This document shows, in pieces, positions 29,497 to 37,686 of a stretch of DNA of 64,000 nt (the first letter of the stretch is position 1; each line of letters starts with the position of its first letter). Where the stretch lies: positions 31,165 through 95,164 of the forward strand of contig DATHZS010000073.1 in the NCBI GenBank assembly GCA_035458505.1, given 5' to 3'. The notes beneath the pieces are model-generated. The model saw only the letters and a program-made list of their open reading frames with translations, was not told the origin of the DNA and did no database searches. Origin of the DNA: Anaerolineales bacterium (lineage in GTDB: Bacteria; Chloroflexota; Anaerolineae; Anaerolineales; UBA11579). The position numbers and the translations under genes are program-made.

Positions 29497-29534
29497 AACC
29501 GGACTGCCAGCAATTTGCATTCAGCAGCCCGGTT
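29497..29534. terminator. Imperfect hairpin between convergent alr and ABC ATPase genes
   Basis: AACCGG-A-CTGC ... GCAG-C-CCGGTT. The stem has one mismatch and the T-tracts are weak. Confidence 0.3.
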
Positions 29535-29556
29535 ATTCTTCAGGTATCGGAAGGTG

Positions 29557-30270
29557 CTACCCTCCCAGGTACGCCCTCTTGACCTCCGGGTTTGCGAGCA
29601 GATCTTTGGAGGGGCCTTCAAGCACCAGGTTGCCGGTCTCCATGACATAGCCGCGCTGGGCAAACTGCAATGCCATGCGGGCGTTCTGCTCCACCAGCAG
29701 GATGGTCGTCCCCTCATCATTGATCTCTTTGAGGGCATCGAACATTTCCATCATCAGCAAAGGAGCGAGCCCCATGGAAGGTTCATCAAGCAGCATCAGC
29801 TTCCTGGCGCTCATCATGGCCCGCCCGACAGCCAGCATCTGCTGCTCGCCGCCGCTGAGCGTGCCTGCCTTCTGGTTAATGCGTTCCTTTAAACGCGGGA
29901 AGATGGAAAATACGCGCGCGCGGTCGGCCTGGATGCCATCCGTATCCGTGCGGGCAAAGGTAGCCAACTTCAGGTTTTCATTCACGGTCAGGTTTTCGAA
30001 CAGGCGGCGTCCTTCGGGCACATGCGAGATACCCAAATCGGTGACCACCTTGTCTGGAGGGAAGTCGAGCAAGTTTGCGTTATGGAAATGCATCTCTGAA
30101 CCCGGCTCGGATGCAATCAGCCGCGAAATGGCGCGCAGCGTAGTGCTCTTTCCAGCGCCGTTGGCACCGATGATACACACGATCTCACCTTCGGAGACCT
30201 CAAAACTGATCCCATGCAGAGCTTTGATATTGCCGTAGGAGACGGAAAGATTTTTTACAGAAAGCAGCAT
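29557..30270 (-). CDS. livF: Branched-chain amino acid-type ABC transporter ATP-binding protein (LivF-like)
   Basis: Walker A GANGAGKST, signature LSGGEQQML and Walker B LMLLDEPS, about 237 aa. Confidence 0.8.
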   Translation of the reverse strand: MLLSVKNLSVSYGNIKALHGISFEVSEGEIVCIIGANGAGKSTTLRAISRLIASEPGSEMHFHNANLLDFPPDKVVTDLGISHVPEGRRLFENLTVNENLKLATFARTDTDGIQADRARVFSIFPRLKERINQKAGTLSGGEQQMLAVGRAMMSARKLMLLDEPSMGLAPLLMMEMFDALKEINDEGTTILLVEQNARMALQFAQRGYVMETGNLVLEGPSKDLLANPEVKRAYLGG

Positions 30271-31040
30271 TAGTATTCCACCTCCTTTCCGAGGTATGCT
30301 TCAATCACTTTGGGGTCGTTGCGGATCTCTTCCGGCGTCCCTTCGGCAATCACCTCGCCGAAGTTCAGCGTCTGGATTATCTCGCACAACTCCATCACGA
30401 CTTTCATGCGGTGCTCGATCAGGAAAATCGCCATCCCGATCTCTCTATGCACCTGCCGGATAATATCCATCATCTGGATCAACTCTTCCGGGTTCATGCC
30501 GGCAGTGGGCTCATCCAGGAAGAGGACTTTCGGCTCGGTTGCCAGGGCCCGGGCGAGCTCCACACGGCGCTGGGCGCCATAGGGCAAGTTGGTGACGATC
30601 TGGTCTGCCAGGTGGGCCACACCCACCAGATCCAGCAGTTCCATTGCCAATTTGTCGGTGGCCTTTTCTTGCTCCACACGTTTGCGGGTACCGAAAAACG
30701 CCCCCATCAGCCCATAGGTCAACTTGGAGTAGCGTGCCATTTTCACATGGTCCAGCACGCTCAGGTAGCGCCACAACATCAGGTTCTGGAATGTTCTGCC
30801 CAGCCCGCGGTCGGCAATCTGGTTGGGCTCCAGAGCAGTGATTTCTTCACCTTCCAGCAGGATTCTTCCTTCCGTGGGGTGGTACACGCCGGTAATCAGG
30901 TTGAAGATCGTGGTTTTTCCCGCCCCGTTCGGGCCGATCAGGCCCCGGATTTGGCCGGGTGTAATGGAGAGGCTGTAGTTATAGACAGCCCGCAGTCCTC
31001 CAAAATAGTGGGTCATGTCATGAACTTCAAGCAATGACAC
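30270..31040 (-). CDS. livG: Branched-chain amino acid-type ABC transporter ATP-binding protein (LivG-like)
   Basis: FGGLRAV, Walker A GPNGAGKTT, LPYGAQRRVELARAL and VLFLDEPTAG. The start is reassigned to GTG 31040 (GGAGG 5 nt upstream, giving VSLLEV...). The track ORF extends to 31091. Confidence 0.8.
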   Translation of the reverse strand: MSLLEVHDMTHYFGGLRAVYNYSLSITPGQIRGLIGPNGAGKTTIFNLITGVYHPTEGRILLEGEEITALEPNQIADRGLGRTFQNLMLWRYLSVLDHVKMARYSKLTYGLMGAFFGTRKRVEQEKATDKLAMELLDLVGVAHLADQIVTNLPYGAQRRVELARALATEPKVLFLDEPTAGMNPEELIQMMDIIRQVHREIGMAIFLIEHRMKVVMELCEIIQTLNFGEVIAEGTPEEIRNDPKVIEAYLGKEVEY

Positions 31041-32358
31041 TTTCGCCTCCTTCCATTTCTCTGTCCTTTGGTCGGAACAGTTTTTCCACATTGAATTCGG
31101 TGAAGGCGACCAAGCCCGTCGGGCGGAAGATCATGATCAGGATCAGCATGATGGGGATGATGATCCACTTGAAGATATCCAGCGGCCTCAGCGCTTCGCT
31201 GATCAGGCTTAATCCGACCGCTCCGACAATCGAACCGGTGACGGAATTTAACCCGCCGAAATACACCATGGCCAAAACTTCCGCCAATTTGCGGATGCCG
31301 AAGGAGTCTGGGTTGATATAGCGCAGCACGTGAGCGAACAATCCGCCTGCCACGCCAGCCCAGAAGGCGGCAAACAGGAAGGCAACCATCTTGGTTTTAC
31401 GGGTGTCGACGGTCATGGCATTGGCAGCCAATTCGCCATCCCGCACAGCGTTGAGCGCTTTGCCCATCGTGGAGCGCACGAAATTGTTGATGATCCAGAT
31501 CGAGAGCACCGTCCAGACGAAGACAACCGGCAGGCTGGCATAGTTGGGCTGGTTGCTGATCCCGCGCGCGCCCCCGACAATTTCCATGTTTTCAAACAAG
31601 CTCTTGACAATGAACATAAACGCCAGCGAAATGATCGCCAGGTAATCTCCGCGGGTGCGGAAGGAAGGGACTGCCACGAGCAAGGCCCCGAGGGCCGCGA
31701 CCAACCCACCGAGGATCAGCCCAATAGGAAACAGAAACGGGCCAAGTGCCGGTGGAAGCAGTGCTTCTCCAAATTTGTTTTCGGTCACAAAGAAGACCAG
31801 GGTGAACGTGGAGGCAACGTAGGCCCCTAGCGCCATAAAGCCGGGGTGGGAACAGGAGAACTCACCCATGTAGCCGTTGACGACATTGAGGCTCAGGGTG
31901 AGGATGATGGCGATCATTGCCAGGCGTGCCACCAGGATGCGGTAGTCGCTGATCTCCCCCCAGATATGCAGCACGGCATACATGAGTCCAAGATGGACCA
32001 CCGCGGTGAGCACCAGCGGAAATTCCATCAACCTAGCAGCAATTTTATTCATCAGGGGTTTGGTGAAACGCGCCACGATGCCCATAGGCAGGAAATAGAT
32101 CAATATCATGAAAAGCAGCGCGCTGGGAAATAAAATTGGATTATCCAAGGCCACCACTAAGCCAAACAGGGCCGGGATTTTGGACATCCCTAACACCCAG
32201 GCCAGTGGAAGACCGACGAATTGCTCCAGACCGACAGCGACAAGCGCAGCGAGCAGCCATCCCAAAAGCGGGACAGTTTTGTAAGGCTGCCAGAACCTTG
32301 AAAGTGCCGCACGGAAGCGTTGCCAGCTGTTGGGTATTGAGACTGAGTCTGTTGTCAT
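31027..32358 (-). CDS. livM: Branched-chain amino acid-type ABC transporter permease (LivM-like, extended N-terminus)
   Basis: Polytopic permease with the LivM core (GYMGEFSCSHPGFMALGAY ... GGARG). It sits in an operon with LivH, LivG and LivF. Confidence 0.75.
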   Translation of the reverse strand: MTTDSVSIPNSWQRFRAALSRFWQPYKTVPLLGWLLAALVAVGLEQFVGLPLAWVLGMSKIPALFGLVVALDNPILFPSALLFMILIYFLPMGIVARFTKPLMNKIAARLMEFPLVLTAVVHLGLMYAVLHIWGEISDYRILVARLAMIAIILTLSLNVVNGYMGEFSCSHPGFMALGAYVASTFTLVFFVTENKFGEALLPPALGPFLFPIGLILGGLVAALGALLVAVPSFRTRGDYLAIISLAFMFIVKSLFENMEIVGGARGISNQPNYASLPVVFVWTVLSIWIINNFVRSTMGKALNAVRDGELAANAMTVDTRKTKMVAFLFAAFWAGVAGGLFAHVLRYINPDSFGIRKLAEVLAMVYFGGLNSVTGSIVGAVGLSLISEALRPLDIFKWIIIPIMLILIMIFRPTGLVAFTEFNVEKLFRPKDREMEGGESVIA

Positions 32359-32389
32359 TTTTTATCCTTTCTTCAGTCTTTATCCATGA

Positions 32390-33325
32390 TTACAGGCGCA
32401 GTTGTGCGCTGTGCGGCTCCCCAAAGAAGCCATGCGGCCGGAAAGTGAGGATAATCAGGATGATGCCGAATGCGATCAGATTCCGCATTGTCGACGGGAA
32501 GACGGTCGCCACGAAGATCTCAATGAAACCCAGGAGAAATCCTGCTAACCCGGCACCAAGGATTGAACCGCGCCCGCCGAGAATGGCGGCGACGAAGGCC
32601 TTCCAGCCAAAGAGAATGCCCATATTGGGATCCAGCACGGGGTAAGCAACACCGTAAAGCACACCGGCTGCCGCGGCCAGCGCAGAGCCGAGCCCAAATG
32701 TCATCAGCGCAATTTTATTCGTTGAAATCCCCATCAGCGGAACGACGACATAATCGTAGGCCATGGCGCGCATGGCCATGCCCCATTTTGTGCGGCGAAC
32801 AAACTGGTGTAGGGCCAGAGTAAGTAAAATCGAAACAAAAACAATTAATATCTTTTTGTTGGTCACGCTGACCCCTGCAAGGTTGATCGTGGCACTTTGG
32901 ATCAATTCAGGGAATGATCTGCGCTGCGGGCCGAGGATGGCCAGGTTGCCGGTTTCGAGGATGATCCCGATCATCAACCCGGTGATGGCAGCAGAGGCGC
33001 GCGGGGCATCCCGCAGGGGGCGATAACCGATGCGTTCGACCAACATCCCAACTATCGAGTTGAGCGCCATTGAGATGATCAGTGTCAGGACAAGCACGAG
33101 AGCCAGGGCAACGCCAGTGGGTAAATTTAGTGCACCGAAAAAGTCTAATGCGAGCAGCCCGCTGGAGACACCAAACCCGATATAGGCGCCGACCATAAAG
33201 ATATCGCCGTGGGCGAAGTTGAAAAGCAGCAGCACGCCGTATACCATCGAGTAGCCAACCGCGATCAGTGCATAGAAGCTTCCCAACTGAAGGGCGTTGA
33301 TTAACTGTTGAAAAAAGATTTCCAT
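32390..33325 (-). CDS. livH: Branched-chain amino acid-type ABC transporter permease (LivH-like)
   Basis: MEIFFQQLINALQLGSFYALIAVGYSMVYG is the classic LivH N-terminus. Confidence 0.8.
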   Translation of the reverse strand: MEIFFQQLINALQLGSFYALIAVGYSMVYGVLLLFNFAHGDIFMVGAYIGFGVSSGLLALDFFGALNLPTGVALALVLVLTLIISMALNSIVGMLVERIGYRPLRDAPRASAAITGLMIGIILETGNLAILGPQRRSFPELIQSATINLAGVSVTNKKILIVFVSILLTLALHQFVRRTKWGMAMRAMAYDYVVVPLMGISTNKIALMTFGLGSALAAAAGVLYGVAYPVLDPNMGILFGWKAFVAAILGGRGSILGAGLAGFLLGFIEIFVATVFPSTMRNLIAFGIILIILTFRPHGFFGEPHSAQLRL

Positions 33326-33446
33326 TGAGACAACTTCTCCTACGAGAAGGGCGGGTCAAAGAATAACTCCTTGACCCGCCCTCTCAGTGATGTTCTTAAA
33401 ATGGATGCACGATGACAGGTTTACACGTTGTCATGGTGCGAGCAAC

Positions 33447-34610
33447 TTACGGGCAGGCCTGCTTATAGAAAGTGAATTTGCCCTCGTCGCTGATTTTTAC
33501 GATCACGGCACACTTGCTGGGATCGCCTTGTGCATCGAAGGTCATGTTACCCGTGATGCCAGGGAATTCTTTGATGCCGGCCATGGCGTCCCGTACACAC
33601 TCGCGGTCGGCTTCAAGATCGCCGGTGATCTCGCCACAGCTCTGGATAGCCTGCTTGACGATGTTCATGGCATCCCAGGTCAGGGCGCCGACGTCATCCG
33701 GTACATAACCGTATTGTTCATTGTACTTGTCGATGAATTCTTTGGTTGCGCCGGTTGCACCCTCAGCTGCATAATGCGTGCTGAAGAAGAGCCCATAGCA
33801 GTCCTCGCCGCACAGGTTCATCAATTCCGCGGAGCCCCAGCTGTCGGAACCGACAATCGGGCCGGTGAATCCGAGCTCGTGAGCTTGCTGAACAATCAGG
33901 GCAACTTCGTTGTAGTACTGCGGTGCGAAGATGAACTCAGCGCCGGCGTTGATAATATTGGTCAATTGTGCGCTGAAGTCTGTATCCCCTGTTGTGAAGC
34001 TTTCATACGCTACCACAGATCCTGCACCATGCAGGTCTTCCCAACCGCTCTGGAAAAACTCGGCCAGGCCTTTTGGATAGTCACTGGCGATGTCGTACAA
34101 CACGCCGGCCTTGGTGAACCCAAATTCATCGGTGACAAAACCAGCAACCACTGGGCCCTGGAATGGATCCAGGAAGGGGGTGCGGAATACCCACGGGCGG
34201 TCCAGGGTTGTGTTGGGGTTGGTCGACCACGGGCTGATCATGGGGGTTTTCAGATCGTTGGCAACGCCGCCTGCCGGGACAGCCTGTTTAGACGATTGGG
34301 GGCCGACAATGACGAGCACTTCATCCTGGGTGATCAGCTTGGTGTTGACCGCTGCTGCAGATTCACCTTTGGATTCATTATCTTCAATGACCAGTTCTAC
34401 CGTGTATTCTGTCCCACCAACTGTGATGACCCCGCCGTTTTCCTCCAGCCACATCTCGGCTGCAAACCGGGTGCCTTCACCCACCTTGGGGATGTCACCC
34501 GTGATTGGGGCATTGATCCCGATCTTGATGGTCTGGCCACCTGCACCACCGCAGGCGCTCAGCAGGAAGATAGCAATGATGAGAAAGGGGAAAAACTTGA
34601 ACTTCTTCAT
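33447..34610 (-). CDS. ABC transporter substrate-binding lipoprotein, LivJ/K-like (type I periplasmic binding fold); ligand unknown
   Basis: Lipobox FLLSACGG, then IKIGINAPITGDIPKVGE ... VIVGPQSS, typical of the Leu/Ile/Val-binding family. Confidence 0.75.
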   Translation of the reverse strand: MKKFKFFPFLIIAIFLLSACGGAGGQTIKIGINAPITGDIPKVGEGTRFAAEMWLEENGGVITVGGTEYTVELVIEDNESKGESAAAVNTKLITQDEVLVIVGPQSSKQAVPAGGVANDLKTPMISPWSTNPNTTLDRPWVFRTPFLDPFQGPVVAGFVTDEFGFTKAGVLYDIASDYPKGLAEFFQSGWEDLHGAGSVVAYESFTTGDTDFSAQLTNIINAGAEFIFAPQYYNEVALIVQQAHELGFTGPIVGSDSWGSAELMNLCGEDCYGLFFSTHYAAEGATGATKEFIDKYNEQYGYVPDDVGALTWDAMNIVKQAIQSCGEITGDLEADRECVRDAMAGIKEFPGITGNMTFDAQGDPSKCAVIVKISDEGKFTFYKQACP

Positions 34611-35515
34611 ATGTCTTAGCTCCTAGCTTATTTACTGTAGAGAACATTACCGTTGCCATCTTAGAAAACCTGGGGGGTGCCAGCCCGACTCTCAGGCGAC
34701 GGATCCTATAGAAATCATCTAAAGCTCTGATCACCTCCTCGATTGGAACTATACAAGACTCTGGTTACTAGGATATGACTTATGACTATGATACACATTT
34801 TAGCATAAAACAAGCGGCAGATTAAATTTTGGATCAGAATGCGGTGTTAACAACAAGCGATCTTTTTGACCACGCCGACTTAGAGGAGGGCGTGAATGAA
34901 AGTTACCAAAACGAGATGATTTCTGATCCGGGGGAAAGCTGAATGACCCGGTGAAAACATCGATATTTTTTCCATGCAGATTCAAAAATGCAGCAAATTT
35001 CACAAATTGCCCTCCTCTCATAAATATGCTACGCGAATTTTCATACACAGGATCAGGAGTTTTTTTGTTTATCCAACTTTTGCCTATAAAAATATCATCG
35101 AGGAGAAAGATATGTCAAAAAGAATCTATGTTGAGTTAGATCTTGAGTGATTTGAGGTCCCGGTTTTCATGTGGGTGGAACTGGAAGGGTTTGTTGACCC
35201 CATCATTGCCCATGAAAAAATGGGGGTTTTTAAGAAATCGCTTACTGGAAAAGTAAACATTAAAGGGCAATCAAAGACCATCTCAATTCGCACCGAATCC
35301 AGATAATACATTTTTGATCGGCTTACCCTACACACAACCAAATCACGTTTGTTGTTGTTGGTGAGGCAGCTGAATGAAGATCAGCCTTGCCAGGTTCATG
35401 ATTCCTATAACCAATCCTGAGAAAAATGCCAACAGAAAAAAGGTCAGAAATCTTTTGAAGATGCATTTATTTATGCTGTAATATTTTAAGCATAATTTCG
35501 TACTTATATAATAGG

Positions 35516-35625
35516 AAGCGACGATCCAAGAGAAAGAATTGGTCGCTTATCCCTGCGTGGCTGGGATGATTCTCTTGGGGAGTGAGTAGCGAAACCGGCC
35601 TGTGACTGGCTGGTTTTTATTTTTC
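35516..35625 (+). ncRNA. Candidate small structured RNA ending in an intrinsic terminator (class unknown)
   Basis: TATAAT at 35507-35512. Hairpin AAGCGAC (35516-22) / GTCGCTT (35542-48). Hairpin ATCCC (35549-53) / GGGAT (35563-67). Perfect 9-nt long-range complement CCAAGAGAA (35526-34) / TTCTCTTGG (35570-78). Terminator ACCGGCC-TGTGACT-GGCTGGT followed by TTTTTATTTTT. Confidence 0.3.
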
Positions 35626-35792
35626 CAGACCACGAGACATGTGTCAAAATACTTTGTTTATAATTTGATAAAATTTATGCGTAGAAATCGCGGGGCGACT
35701 TCGATATACGCCCAAAGGAGGTGTTGGGAAAAAATAATCTGTTTGTCTAATTTTATCTGTAATTCAAAATAAGCCAAAAAAGGAAACGATTT

Positions 35793-37013
35793 ATGAAACT
35801 AAAAATGTTTTTCGTTTTGTTGATTATTCTTCTCTTTCCCACCAGTGTACTTGCCGTAGCCCCACAGGAAGAAGCATTAAGTGTGGTTCGCTTTGCTACC
35901 TTTAATGCCTCTCTCAATCGCTTCAATGCAGGCGGTCTTGTTGCCGACCTATCCGATCCCGACAATGCTCAGGCCAAGGTCATTGCAGAGATCATCCAAC
36001 GCACCCGGCCGGATGTGCTGCTGATCAACGAGTTTGATTTTGCTGAAGGAGGAGCTGCCGCTGAACTATTTCGATCCAATTACCTCGAGGTCTCTCAAAA
36101 TGGTGCAGAACCCATCGAATACGGCTATTACTTTGTAGCACCGTCCAACACCGGGATCCCATCAGGTGTTGACCTGGACAACAGCGGCTCTGTTGGCGGC
36201 CCGAACGATGCCTTTGGTTTCGGGTTCTTCCCCGGCCAGTATGGGATGGCCGTTTTTTCACGCTTCCCGATTGATTTCGACAGCCTGCGCACCTTCCAAT
36301 ATTTCTTGTGGAAGGATATGCCAGGTGCGTTACTGCCCGATGACCCGGACACACCAGAACCAGCGGACTGGTACTCGCCAGCTGAGCTGGACGTTTTCAG
36401 GCTCTCTTCCAAGAGCCATTGGGATGTTCCGATCATGATCGGGGACAAAGTGGTGCATTTTCTGGTGAGCCATCCAACGCCCCCCGTCTTCGACGGGCCG
36501 GAGGATCGCAACGGGACTCGCAATTACGATGAGATTCGCTTCTGGTCGGACTATATCCTCCCTTCACGCAGTGGCTATATCTACGATGACCAGGGCCATT
36601 ACGGCGGGCTTCAGCCCGGCGAAATGTTTGTGATCGCAGGAGACCAGAACTCTGATCCGCTGGATGGCGACAGCATCCCCGGGGCCATCCAACAGCTGCT
36701 GGATCATCCGCTTGTCAATACCAAAGTGACCCCCAGCAGTGAAGGCGCTGTTGAGCAAGCCGCTTTGCAGGGTGGTGCCAATGCAACACATCTCAGCGAC
36801 CCGGCTTTTGATACGGCGGACTTTTCTGATTTCGCACCGGGAAATCTCCGGGCAGATTATGTACTCCCGATGAAAAACCTGAGGATTACGGACGCAGGCG
36901 TATTCTGGCCGTTGACCAGTGATCCGTTGTTCGGGTTGGTCGGCACCTTCCCATTCCCCAGCTCCGATCACCGGCTGGTATGGGTGGATGTGAGAGTGCC
37001 TGGAACTCACTAA
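35793..37013 (+). CDS. Secreted endonuclease/exonuclease/phosphatase (EEP) family protein
   Basis: It has a signal peptide (MKLKMFFVLLIILLFPTSVLA). EEP motifs are present: LINEFDF, a GDQNSDP-type metal site and the C-terminal SDHRLVWVDV. Confidence 0.7.
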   Translation: MKLKMFFVLLIILLFPTSVLAVAPQEEALSVVRFATFNASLNRFNAGGLVADLSDPDNAQAKVIAEIIQRTRPDVLLINEFDFAEGGAAAELFRSNYLEVSQNGAEPIEYGYYFVAPSNTGIPSGVDLDNSGSVGGPNDAFGFGFFPGQYGMAVFSRFPIDFDSLRTFQYFLWKDMPGALLPDDPDTPEPADWYSPAELDVFRLSSKSHWDVPIMIGDKVVHFLVSHPTPPVFDGPEDRNGTRNYDEIRFWSDYILPSRSGYIYDDQGHYGGLQPGEMFVIAGDQNSDPLDGDSIPGAIQQLLDHPLVNTKVTPSSEGAVEQAALQGGANATHLSDPAFDTADFSDFAPGNLRADYVLPMKNLRITDAGVFWPLTSDPLFGLVGTFPFPSSDHRLVWVDVRVPGTH

Positions 37014-37034
37014 TTGGATTAAACCCAAAATATT

Positions 37035-37066
37035 GGCAGAGGGAGTGATTTACTCCCTCTGCTTTT
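37035..37066 (+). terminator. Rho-independent terminator after the EEP gene
   Basis: Perfect 11-bp stem GCAGAGGGAGT-GATTT-ACTCCCTCTGC followed by TTTTGATT. Confidence 0.7.
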
Positions 37067-37620
37067 GATTCCCAACTCAATTAGAAGAAATGACGACAGG
37101 ATTTTCTTCTCTTTTTTTGCACATCTTTCCGGTTCCGAATGGATCGATCCCCTTTTCTTAAAAGCCAAGTCGATTTATCCCTCACTTGCCTATTCGGAGC
37201 GAAGGCACCCGCTTTCCAAGCTCCAAAAATGATCACAGGATCCGGATCCGTTTTCGGGGCTTAAGTCAGCGGAACAGTAAGATCAGATTGGGGAAAAGAT
37301 TCCGGGGCCCTTGGGAAATCAAAGACCCATCAACTGAATTACTCAACCTAGCTTTTCCCTTGAATGATCGGGATACAATCAGGGGCAGTTTTTAATAAGA
37401 TACCTCATCGAAGGATTGAATTGACAACCCTTCGGGGAACGGTTCGGTTCCAGGAAAGGGATGCACACCCAGGCACACAGCTCAACAGTAGAGGAGTGGC
37501 CTTTCAAACGATTGGCTGCTGGTACGAGACCAGCTGTGCACGTCCGCTTAACCGCTCAAAGTGATTGAGAGGCTTAGATTTTTAATCCCTTGAGTTCTCC
37601 AGATTCAGATTTTGTAAATG

Positions 37621-37660
37621 TTGACACACCAATAACATCTGATATACTACCAATATATCA
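37621..37660 (+). promoter_or_regulatory. Candidate sigma70 promoter (TTGACA-16 nt-TATACT) overlapped by inverted repeat TGATATA-N7-TATATCA
   Basis: -35 TTGACA at 37621-26 and -10 TATACT at 37643-48. The 7-bp inverted-repeat arms at 37640-46 and 37654-60 overlap the -10 box. It lies about 30-40 nt upstream of the MetV-MetF start. Confidence 0.45.
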
Positions 37661-37686
37661 ATAACAACATATTACAGGATAATCTC

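Noticed and set aside
30270-31091. Longer LivG start at 31091 (track ORF)
   Set aside because: It would overlap LivM by 65 nt and add a non-conserved 17-aa extension. GTG 31040 has a GGAGG site 5 nt upstream and yields the typical ...LLEV...FGGL N-terminus.
33387-34619. Long antisense ORFs (for example 33387-34619 +, 49708-50691 +, 46298-47086 +, 38137-38769 -, 14660-15325 -, 15960-16619 -, 83-694 -) as genes
   Set aside because: Each lies entirely opposite a CDS with strong family motifs. Their translations are low-complexity, Arg/Pro/Gly-rich and lack recognisable motifs. They are shadow ORFs.
35126-35341. 71-aa minus-strand ORF in the AT-rich spacer
   Set aside because: No RBS and no recognisable motif. 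It overlaps the SD-preceded plus-strand short ORF, so it is probably chance.
37420-37560. Cobalamin riboswitch upstream of the methyltransferase island
   Set aside because: Only loose resemblances were found: GGGGAACGGTTCGGTTCC versus the GGGAA...GGUG...UCC core, and GAGACCAGC versus the B12-box AGACCKGC. The rest of the consensus (GCCACUG and the full B12 box) is missing. The segment also lies upstream of the best promoter. An Infernal scan is needed before calling it.
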